Positions 53,901 through 63,556 of a stretch of 64,000 bases of DNA are shown here, piece after piece. The notes below the pieces were generated by a model. It saw only the letters and a list, made by a program, of their open reading frames with translations. It was not told the DNA's origin and did not search any database. Numbering within the stretch: position 1 is the stretch's first letter; the number at the start of each line of letters is the position of its first letter. The translations under genes and the position numbers were made by a program. The DNA comes from Phoronis australis (taxonomy: Eukaryota > Animalia > Phoronida), in NCBI GenBank assembly GCA_002633005.1, contig NMRA01000106.1:105655-169654 (forward strand), written 5' to 3'.

Positions 53901-56900
53901 CCATGTGATAACTTATTTTAACAGTAAAATTCTCATTTCAACAATATCTACCACTTTAAAACAATAACTCTTGAATTTTCTGATGCAAGTCTTGTGCTTA
54001 TAACCCTGTAATTACAGCATTTCCCCCATTTTAAAACCGCGTCCCTTAAAATAATCCACCTTGCTTCAGTTGCATGTGCATTGTGCAATCCCAATCGCAC
54101 ATAATACCACAAGCGCCAAAAAGCAATTTTGCAGAACAAACAATGAGTGACACGTGACATAATATTTTTTTACGAAAAATGTTACTTAAGATTTTAAGTT
54201 TAAATAAAATGCAAACGTAAATGTGCACTTGATGAAGAAAAATGGCTGCTATTTACGATTTTTTTAATATATGTCTTTGCAGCAATAAAAAAAACTAACA
54301 CAGCATACACCCACTTTAACTTACAGTTTAGCTCTTTCAAAAACTTTCAAGACTAAAAGTGAAATTCAAGGGTTTTTCAAGGACATGATTAAATTGAAAG
54401 ACTACTCAACGCCACGGCTTTAAATTCAAAGGCTTTTCAAGACTGTACGAACCATGTACATCCACACAACCATCACAAGGAAGTGAAGCTTGTCGAGGGA
54501 TTAGTGCATCTGGCAGTGGTAGAGAATAACGCTGAATATGGCAATCACTGGATGTGTCTTTAACTGACAGGGGTACGGAGAGGAAAGTGCTGAAATCTGG
54601 GCAATGATATAAAAATGATAGTAAGACATGCTGTCACCGAGACAGGCTGGCTGCGGAACGAATGCACAGACACTAAAAGAGAGGAGACAGACTTACTGCT
54701 TCAGTGGTGTGATACAAACTAGACACATCGTCTCTCAGTGTGGGCACCGCCGCCACTCAGTGGACGACGCTTACGCGTTTTTCGCTTACCCGACCGCCGT
54801 ACTGGATTTTCGGTGGATTGAGGACCCTGCCCGTTACGTCCGCCATCTGATAATTAACGCTGATACCAAATGTTTGTAGGTGGGGGTCTGCGTTGAAATT
54901 CGCTTTCCGCACCTGGTGTCACACAGACAATATAAGGCGAGGGTTAAACAATTAGAACAGCAAAAGAGAGTAAGATAGAGCGAATGTGTTTGTGTGTGAA
55001 ACACCTAACACACGTCTAGAGGGGGACGGGCCCTAGACATGCGCCAGCCGTGGAACGGTAAGCGCATGCAATGCGTCTTAGACAAACAGCGGGGGCGCAA
55101 TTCTCTTTATGACCTCGCCACATGACGGTGGTGAAAGGCTAAAGAAAGACTGCCTACCCGGCCGCCGTACTGTATTTTGGGCGGGTTGAGCACGCGGCCC
55201 TGGAGCTCAGTCATCTGTGTACTGACGCTGACGCCAAACGTCTGCAGGTAGGTGTCATTGTTGAAGTCGGCCTTTCGCACCTATAGCACGAGACATCCAC
55301 AATCATGAGACACCTTGAGCATGCCGGAGAAGGATGACGGTCCATTCGCATTTATCAACACATTCCAATGTTATGTTTTCAAAATAAAAATAGACTTTCT
55401 CAGAACTCTGCCAAACTTGAATTGAATTCTTGCCAGAATTATCAGGTAGTTAGTTGAAATTTTACGACATTTTTGTCAAACTCCTGCCGGAGTTTAATAT
55501 CATGTCTTGATGCGGATTGTATATTTACGAATGGTAATTTCTTGCGGTTTCAATAACATGTGCGAGAAAGTTAACCAGAGTTGAAATGGAATCTAGTAAA
55601 AAAGAAATGGACATTCAGGAGTGGTTTTGAGCGCCAAAACTCAGGCAAATTTTGATATTGTCCAAGTTTATTTTGAAAACTACAACAGAAAACATGCTGA
55701 TATTAAGAGACCCAAATTGACTGCAGGAATATTTAACTGGACTGATAAACATGATCATTCCTTTACAAGAACAGAAATAAAGCTTGCACACTACGGGTCA
55801 TTAAAGTAATTTGTGCAATATATCATAATGTGAACACATTCTGTGGAATTGAAACAAAATTTTCAAAGAGAGAATACGTTAATGATATCATATTGTTTCC
55901 ACGGTATATTATTATTTTTCGGGCCAAAGTTTTCTGAAGAGACCGTCCTCATCTCCGAAACACTCAGACAGACATTGATTTTACACTATGTACAAACCAC
56001 GTCACACTGAATTTGTTCATATGATCAGATGTCACCTTATAAAAACGTGTATGCTGAGAACATTGTACAGTGGAAATTTACAAACATGAAAGTTAAAACT
56101 TAATAAAATAAAATGCTGTCGTTACACAAAATATGTATGTAATCATAAAGATTTTTGTGAACCTCTATTGAAACAAAGCAATAAAAGGTCATACCAAGGT
56201 GTTGATTTCTTTTTCACGGTCAGGTGCAGATCTGGCAGTGGCCTAAAACAATAAAGCAGTATCTATCTGAGTCTTAAGAATACAGACAACCTCCCTCCAA
56301 GCTTGGCGACCACCTAACCTTTAGTGGGTTTGACAAATGAACAACTGATTATAAATTTTGTTTAACTCAAAACTAAACCAACAGCTATGCATTTTAACAC
56401 TTATCAAAACAGCACTCTAGAATTTTTATGATTGTGCTCAACAAGGACACAATGCTTCCTGATGTGACCACAAGCCGCATTAGGCGACCTCACCCCCTTA
56501 TTGGCCAGCTCTAATCTATCAACTGGGTTATCAGCCTGTCTCCACTTCTCACACCAATGTCAGTTTCACTCAAATCAGCATCACAACAGACATATATCAC
56601 ACTTCCCCACCACTTACTTACATAGACCCTCCCCCTTACTCTGAACACCACATACCTTGATCATGGTGGATGTCTGCATGTCAGTCAGTTTCTTGATGCA
56701 CCGCTGGCCGCCCACAATGTTGCACACTTCCAATGGCAAGTAGGTGTGTTTTTGCTCCTGGCCCACCTGTAGACACGGCAGGTGGGGGTATTGGAGGCGG
56801 ATCTTATAGCGCTCCAGGAAGTACTTGGCAACAGTACATTCCACAGTCTGACCAGACTCCAGTTGCAGAGGGAACCTGAGGGTGGACAGTACGAGTGAAA

Positions 56901-59900
56901 GATAAAGCTTATGAGTACTGCAGTAGTAACGGGCATTTGACCAAAAGCGTTAGGACTCATTCCCCCCCCCCCTTACAAGTTTTGGGAAAGGACAGAAACA
57001 CCCAACACGAAAGTCTATGATGACCACAATCTGAAAATGTCACGTTGCACCTAAAAGCAAATGCACCTGGCAAGACCTGTATGATATCCCCATTTGTTAA
57101 ACACACCAGTCCAGAGGTATTTGTTAAACACACCAGTCCAGAGGTATTTGTTCAGCTGAGATAGCTTTCAGCAAGAACTCACTGGTAACGCATGTGTTAA
57201 AGTAAGAAACAGACCATTTTATGCTCATAAAGATATGTGGATGACAAGTTACCCAGACTTCTGCACTGACTAGAATGAAGTAGAAGAGTTACAACTTACG
57301 ACTGAGTTTGGGCAGGCTTCCTCGTCACGTTGCACACACGGTACTTTCTCTTCATGGCACCACAGTGAGTGATTTCCACCTTCAAGCCTGAAGAGCAACC
57401 ACAGCACGTAAATTATGTCTGCATATAACCAACATACACTATGCACTGAGTGTTCAGAAAAAATGACCGGGAATTCTCTTTCATGACGGCTGGGTTAGAA
57501 GTAGCATTTATTGTCAGAGTAGTCATAAACCATGACTAAAAGGGCATTAACACCTAAGTTAGTAAAGTAGCTTAGCCATTCTTCAATTAGAATTTCGCCT
57601 CCAAGATGGAGAAACAGTATTTTGGCCGATTGCTTTTGTCATGTTCTGTGTATGCCCATACATTATACAGTAAGTAACGAAAGTGAGAACGTAACATAAC
57701 ACTGAACAAAGAGTACCACATTTTGCTAAGACGCAATGGTGAAACAAAAACATTATTGGAAATTAGGTTTAAGGACATTAACCAAGAGTGAAGTTCTTCT
57801 ACAATTTTTCTTAAGGCAATAACCGTCAACTCAGGACCACATAAAATCAAAAACGACTTCTTCCAATACACACGCATGGGACTGTGCTCCACAAAACACT
57901 CCAAATAAGACGGTCACCTCACATAAGTTGTTATCATACTGCACTCTAAGCAGTAATCTCCATGGCCTGCTTTAACACGCCAATGTTTGCCTGCAATTGC
58001 AAGGTGAATGATTTGCCCTGCCAGTCTCCAAATACATTTGACCGAATAGCCAGTGAAATGCCCCCCAAAGCTGCACTACCAACAGTATGCTTACAGCTGC
58101 ATTTATTAGTAACACAAAAATGCCCACTAGATGTCAGATATGGCAAGCCTGCTGGAAATCAGTAAAATGTCCCTATTTGTCAAGTTATGTGAAAATTCTT
58201 CAAGGACCTCCCAAAACACAGAGGCAAACGTAAAAAATCTAATTGACATTAGCAGTGTTCTCCACGGCCTGTTTTAACTCGACGCTGTAACGAGTTTGGA
58301 TTTTGCCGCGTCGAGTTTGGAAAATGCGCGTCGAGTTTAGAAAGTGCTGCGTCAGGTTTGAACTTTTGTCCTGGCTTGGTATTTCAGCCCTCAACACTAA
58401 AGCAGTGCCAGATTAACCACACTCAAGCTCATTGCAGCACTTTAGAGGCAGTCAACACTATATGTATAACTTCGTAAGACACTACAAGAGTTTAAATTTC
58501 AATTAACAAAATCTGCAAAAATCTTTAAATAACAAACATTTCATGGAGTCACCTAGCTTGCTTAATTAACTGACTAATCTACTTTGTCATTCTAACTTTA
58601 AAATTTTGCAAGTCAATCTGTAAAAAAGCAATTTAATTTGCTTAATAAAGACAATTTTGATTTTGACTGACATCTAGTGGCAAGTTAGAACTTTATGAGC
58701 TTATTAAACTTGACAACAGGTGTCACTAAAAACTAGGTCACATCAGAACTCATGTTAGTAGTACTTAATATGTCTAATTGATATTAAAATTGGCATTGGT
58801 ATTATTAAAGGAACTTTTGATCTTTTGTTTGCTGCTGTGGGTCTGTCAAATGCTTTGGAGGAATTATGAGATGCATTGGTAGGAAAGCTAAACTTTGAAG
58901 TGTCTAAAAAGTAGGTCACACCAGTGTAGTGTACAGTTTTAAATCATATATAAATACCTCCAGCATAACCATGCTTATGGTTAGACTCGAGACAATGTCA
59001 GTAACTGACATTTAACATTTGCGTCGAGTTTGGAATTTATAATGTGGAGAACACTGATTAGGAGTCACAAGATGAGTTGGATCTATCGGATATAGTCATC
59101 AAGTGTTGTCATGTTCCTAGGAATACTCTTGCCAAATTTCAAATAGACCCTACAAGGGGTTTAAGAGATACAGCCGCGGGCGCAAAAAACAAACATAATT
59201 GCCACGAATAACTGCCGAATCTGCCTGCATAGTGCTAGCTATATTTGTCTCGTCTCTCCACTCATTACAGCACCCAGACCCAAGCATGAACAGCACTTTA
59301 AGTACATGGGGTAGAAACATTCACCCCGACAACCACTGGTGACGTGGCTGCACACCGACGTCTGAACCTGTGCTTGTGTGTGTATGTGTGTGTGTACCTC
59401 GAATCTCTTTGGTAAACTTGACACGCTGGGAATCACTAAGTGGTCGCCTGTGTTGCTCGTGTAAGTCAGTAATCTCCAGCACTTCCTCCAAGAACTTGAT
59501 GACTGGCTGACCCTTGTAGAACGCTGTAGCCGACACTAGAGATAGAATACACGCGCCAACACGTTAGCACAGCTGACATACCAGGCCACAGGCTTACCTA
59601 CCTCGAATCTCCCGGCTGAACTTGACTCGCTGTGAGTCTGTCAGGGGGCGCCGGTCATGCATCTGGCCCTGCAGTTCAAGCACTTCGGCGACAAAGTCAA
59701 CCGCCGGCTGCGCCTTGTAGAACGCCGTGGCCGAGACTGCGGTGGGAACACAGAGCAGGGGGTCAGAGACAGATTTCTTAGAAGCAATTGTTCCCGGGGT
59801 TACTCCCAGTTATCGTGGGGTAAGCCGGACACACTACATGCTGTCTCAGTAACAGTCACATGTCAAGCGTATGACAAAAGTCAAAGTGCATTTGTTTGAA

Positions 59901-62900
59901 TCATTAATGACATCTCTGAGATGTTCCTGGCTTTAGTTTTTTCAGTTACATCTTTAGCGCAACGATTTTGTTATTGAAACACAATATTTTTACACGAGAT
60001 GAATAAATAATTCATAAAAGTCTACAGTATCCGATATTTTAAAACTAGCAATATTGAACCATCAGTGAGTATGATAGTTGACACAATCTGCTGACAGATG
60101 CATTTTCTTGGAGTATCTAAACAAATTAAAAAACACATGTTGTTCCCTCTCACTGGGGAAAATCCTAAAGGTGTTTCTCAGAAATCTGCCTGCCATACCC
60201 TCCACACAGCAGGCGCAATGATGCACAATATGTTAAGAATGACTAGAGTATGCAATTTGAACACTTAGTGTAAGAACGTAATCAACTTCAACTCTTAAGC
60301 ATTAGCAACTAGCTACATGATTAAGGACTCTAAATCAAATATACATTTAAGGTTATCTAGGACCTTACTAAATGATCTCAACTATGCTTCACACTACTGT
60401 GTCTTTATTATGGTCACCTGACATTTTGAAATCAAATTTTCCTGTTCAAGAAAGGTACATTCATAGCAAAATAACCCTCAGCCAATTTTCACTAAAACTT
60501 TTCTAAATGAAAACTTTATGTTAGGTCTCAAAAACGCTACTGGGATTTTGCTTTAAAATGCCTAGTTTTCAAGCACCGAGCAATATACGAATAAGTCCTC
60601 TGTTTTTTTTACAAAAATGCCTAGTGTTTTGGGAGTTAATTTGGGTTAATAATCAAAAATTCATAACAGTGTTTTTGAGACATAATGTAAAGTTGTCATT
60701 TAAAAAGTAAAATCGACGGGGGGTTATTTTGCTATGATATGAATATAACTTTCTTGCAAATGAAAGTATGACTTAAAAACGTGGTTACATGGCAATAATG
60801 AAGGCAGTAGTAAGAAGCATATTTTTAGAATCCTCGACCTTTCTCCGTCAGAAATTATATGCTTTTAATGGATGACAAAGCATACTTGTTTCGATATTTG
60901 ACTTAGTTGAGGTTGCTTATTAAGGTCCTAGATAACCTTAAATCACTTTTAACCTATGGTCAGTTCACAGAAATACAGGGTGCCTCACAATGACGGAACA
61001 CAAAACAGAAAAAAATAATGAAAATTCACGCTATTTGCTCAGATACCATTTGAAAATTACATTCTTTAATGAACGCCCTCACTCATGTGCTCTTATTACC
61101 ACAGCTCTTTGTGAAGTGTTTCAAATGTTCATTTTACATGTTTGTTTACTTGTTCATGACAAGCTTAGTTCAGCTTGACCCAGACAAATATGAATGCATC
61201 AACATGGTACCTCTCACGGAGTCATCGACCTACGGAAACACTAAAACAACTTCCGATCCTTATTTTATATTCAGACCCGAATCCAGATTATTTACAAACA
61301 ACCGTCTACATGGGGAAAACCACAAAAAATAACACCTGATCTGAAGCCAGCATTCATAGAGAAACTGTTATCATACGTATTATGTAATGCAGACTAACAC
61401 CACAAACAGAGTGATGAGAGTTCACTCATTATACATCCATTTGAACAATGTAATTTTCAAACGCCTCAGTAAGCTAATTTCTCATTATCAAGCAATAATT
61501 TTAAAATATGCCCCGTTATGCTGAGACACCCTATACAGCCAGAAACAAATACTCAAAACAAAAGTTTAGAGATTAGCCACACCACAACGTAACAATTTGC
61601 TTAGTAACCAGAAAATTTGAAATATGAAGGTAGTGCCCACTCCTACAGCTAAATCAAAAGCAGAGTGACAAGAAGTTAACACAGCAGTGCCACATGGCCA
61701 CTGTTAAAAGATAAACACCAGCTAGAACCGAAATATTAACTCAAGAGACAGCCAGTAGGATTAAGGAGAAACTCAAGATCAGCTGTATGGACAGCAAACT
61801 AGTCCATGAGAAAAATGATAATTTAGGTGAAATGTTATGCATGTATATGTACTCATTAGAAGCATGGACGCCTTCTGGTGGAACTAAAGATTGCAAGTTA
61901 AAGCTTCCTTTGACGGGGTAGCAACGACCCAGCCATTCATCGCATCCTAATGACACGAACTTAACAAGGGAAACAACCGTTCTGTGCCAGACTGGCTGCA
62001 GATATTTGAAGATACACCATCTCTATACCCATGGCAGTGGAAGTTAAATAAAGTTTCAATTGCCGTAGAAATGTCAAATTACATCAGTGCACAATATTGT
62101 GAACTTCCAACAGCCAATTTCTGCAGGTAATAACAGTGTCAATTATGATATACCCAGCTTCTCAAAAGAAGAGTTATCAACTTGTGTTTTGCGGGCACTT
62201 ATAAAGCAGATCTCTTTTAACAGAGGAGAGCTAAATAGGTCAGATGGAGTTGCCATCTGGCAGGCACCAAGAGAGTTAGTGGTAGTGACAACGGACACCT
62301 CTACACCGACAGCTAGGCGAGAGTGGTGTGAGTGCGGATAGTACGAGATTACCGTCTATGTTCAACATCATTTTCCGCCAGCTTGGTCGGATGCTCTGGT
62401 GGAAGCCGAACCACACTTCACGGCCACCACCAAGTGGATGGTAGTAGTTGTCTGGTGGTGAGAAGAACGATCGACCAACTGGTGTGTAGCTAGATAAGAG
62501 GAGAATAAAAAATGCAGGCAATTAATAGCAGGCAACAAGCGATGAAGCTTACCGTCAATGTTCAGCATCATTTTCCAATGGGACGGCCGGACGCTCTGGT
62601 GAAAGCCAAACCAGACCTCGCGCCCACCTCCCAGCGGGTGGTCATAGTTGTCCGGAGGTGAGAAGAATGAACGGCCAACAGGGGTGTACCTGGTTGCAGA
62701 CGGAAAAAATAACAGAAGTTTTGTGGGTTAGCAGTCACATGACACAGCACCTCACAGCAGGACGCTGCTTAGTCACACAGACGTTCAGCAAATAGGCCAC
62801 ACAGAAGAACACCGACGCAGAATTTTAAACGCTTAGTTAATGAATAAAACGAAATTGAAAAGTGAACCCCAATCAGCTTGTTGCCACAAAGATGAATTCC

Positions 62901-63556
62901 TGGACTGAAAACATACTAGAGAAATGTTACAAAATGTCATGAATTACGATAAAAATTAAGGGACAACAAAGACCGCTTCTTTCCAGTAACTGTGAACTCC
63001 TAACGAAGGGATACTGGGCTCTTGTCATCAACTCAAAATAACAAATCAAGATCAAGGTCATCATTTGTCAATGGAAGATGTGATATTTGCAAGCTTTAAA
63101 AGTCTCTGTTATCGTACCTGTTCAGCAAATATATCACTAAACATCAATCCCTTGTTTTGAATAGTGCTCCAGTAATCCACCAAAAATCTGCTTCATAACC
63201 CATGTGCTTCCAGACAACCATGGAAAGATACCAAGGAAGGTCTATCAAGAACACCAGACACAATAACTTGACACTGTAAAGACTGACTACTACTGCTATT
63301 AATTTGTTTTTGAACGGATGGCCATTTTCATGTACATGAGGGCAAAGGGAGTGTAACAAGATCTGCATATTTACTTCATGCTGGGAAGATGGCGCATGAT
63401 GACGTCGAGAGCCTGTGTAGCATCAAAGGGTATCTGGCTGACATTCCCCTCAAGAGCCTCGTCGAGGGCATACAAGCTGACCTCGGAGACCCATTTGATG
63501 GAAACTTTGAACACGCGGTCCCGTCCTTCGCCAGGCAGCGTCACTTCTAGGTCCAC
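44885..63556 (-). CDS. Ago1: Argonaute, miRNA-class (invertebrate Ago1 / vertebrate AGO1-4 type), 5'-partial; 14 exon positions, three of them duplicated
   Basis: Spliced frame of 2247 nt (748 aa + stop) using one copy per pair. N/L1/PAZ/L2/MID/PIWI motifs, DEDH tetrad, C-terminal MYFA*. Most exon sizes match those I recall for human AGO2. Confidence 0.95.
45409..47065 (+). mobile_element. Full-length non-autonomous Kolobok-like DNA transposon with a THAP remnant, in the last Argonaute intron
   Basis: TTAA on both sides; TIRs AGGAGAATGACACCCAA / TTGGGTGGCATTCTCCT; stop-interrupted THAP frame at about 45585-45775. Confidence 0.85.
47223..47422 (-). CDS. Ago1: Argonaute PIWI exon (GTSRPSHYH...[14 protein letters not shown])
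   Basis: 200 nt; catalytic His; AG/GT sites. Confidence 0.95.
47679..47915 (-). CDS. Ago1: Argonaute PIWI exon ([13 protein letters not shown]...SHAGIQ)
   Basis: 237 nt; KRHHTRLF motif; |gtgagt donor. Confidence 0.95.
48366..48651 (-). CDS. Ago1: Argonaute PIWI exon (PAVFNEP...GADVTHP...QEII...[12 protein letters not shown])
   Basis: 286 nt; catalytic D, E and D. Confidence 0.95.
48648..48839 (-). repeat. 4 x 48-bp tandem repeat spanning the splice acceptor
   Basis: Units start at 48648, 48696, 48744 and 48792; one mismatch. Confidence 0.95.
48845..49410 (-). repeat. About 8 degenerate ~60-bp repeats of the exon 3' end and splice donor
   Basis: Repeated atattgtt...cagcctgt.wcaatagctacatacc.gacag.aggcagcag, matching the exon end NNILLPAVR|GTATGT. 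Confidence 0.85.
49371..49530 (-). CDS. Ago1: Argonaute MID exon (EVKRVGD...[18 protein letters not shown])
   Basis: 160 nt; AG/GT sites. Confidence 0.95.
49770..51350. repeat. Complex internally repeated element (about 450-500-bp units) rich in GCCACTAGRKGGC motifs
   Basis: About three degenerate units; related fragment at about 59080-59230. Confidence 0.65.
51704..51888 (-). CDS. Ago1: Argonaute MID exon ([10 protein letters not shown]...LPGKTPVY)
   Basis: 185 nt; AG/GT sites. Confidence 0.95.
52661..52794 (-). CDS. Ago1: Argonaute exon ([19 protein letters not shown]...EDALR)
   Basis: 134 nt; AG/GT sites. Confidence 0.95.
53754..54456. mobile_element. Intronic MITE
   Basis: TIRs CATGGTTCGTACA / TGTACGAACCATG; 3-bp TSD TAC; ttcaag subterminal repeats. 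Confidence 0.75.
54790..54912 (-). CDS. Ago1: Argonaute L2 alternative exon, copy b ([41 protein letters not shown])
   Basis: 123 nt; caccag| and CGG|gtaagc sites; open frame. Confidence 0.88.
55158..55280 (-). CDS. Ago1: Argonaute L2 alternative exon, copy a ([41 protein letters not shown])
   Basis: 123 nt; ctatag| and CGG|gtaggc sites; open frame. Confidence 0.88.
56195..56242 (-). CDS. Ago1: Argonaute small exon ([16 protein letters not shown])
   Basis: 48 nt; ttttag| and |gtatga sites. Confidence 0.92.
56656..56875 (-). CDS. Ago1: Argonaute PAZ exon (FPLQLESGQ...[10 protein letters not shown]...QTSTMIK)
   Basis: 220 nt; AG/GT sites. Confidence 0.95.
57300..57387 (-). CDS. Ago1: Argonaute PAZ exon ([28 protein letters not shown])
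   Basis: 88 nt; cttcag| and |gtaagt sites. Confidence 0.95.
58253..59056. mobile_element. Intronic non-autonomous DNA transposon (hAT5-like)
   Basis: TIRs CAGTGTTCTCCAC / GTGGAGAACACTG; 5-bp TSD ATTAG; cgtcgagttt subterminal repeats. Confidence 0.75.
59398..59535 (-). CDS. Ago1: Argonaute L1/PAZ alternative exon, copy b ([45 protein letters not shown])
   Basis: 138 nt, phase 1/1; ctctag| and G|gtacac sites. Confidence 0.88.
59602..59736 (-). CDS. Ago1: Argonaute L1/PAZ alternative exon, copy a ([44 protein letters not shown])
   Basis: 135 nt, phase 1/1; ccgcag| and G|gtaggt sites; not in the ORF track. Confidence 0.88.
60351..60937. mobile_element. TTAA-flanked MITE (Kolobok/piggyBac type)
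   Basis: TTAA|GGTTATCTAGGACCTTA ... TAAGGTCCTAGATAACC|TTAA. Confidence 0.8.
60976..61533. mobile_element. Tc1/mariner-type MITE
   Basis: TA|CAGGGTGCCTCA...TGAGACACCCTA|TA imperfect TIRs. Confidence 0.6.
62353..62489 (-). CDS. Ago1: Argonaute L1 alternative exon, copy b ([45 protein letters not shown])
   Basis: 137 nt; ttatctag| and G|gtaatc sites. Confidence 0.9.
62553..62689 (-). CDS. Ago1: Argonaute L1 alternative exon, copy a ([45 protein letters not shown])
   Basis: 137 nt; aaccag| and G|gtaagc sites; TGCTAAC branch-point motif about 40 nt upstream. Confidence 0.9.
63375..63556 (-). CDS. Ago1: Argonaute N-domain exon ([16 protein letters not shown]...RHLPSM)
   Basis: 182 nt; ttctctag| and AA|gtaaat sites; earlier exons lie beyond the window. 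Confidence 0.93.

Noticed and set aside
57092-57152. 27-bp tandem duplication in an Argonaute intron
   Set aside because: Simple local duplication with no splice signals.
61850-61950. Possible extra cassette exon in an Argonaute intron ([14 protein letters not shown]...)
   Set aside because: No similarity to Argonaute exons and no convincing donor.
54790-62689. Alternative explanation: duplicated exons are haplotype mis-assembly or a second interleaved gene
   Set aside because: The copies are heavily diverged at synonymous sites, have unrelated flanking introns, sit 63-245 nt apart, and only 3 of 14 exons are doubled.
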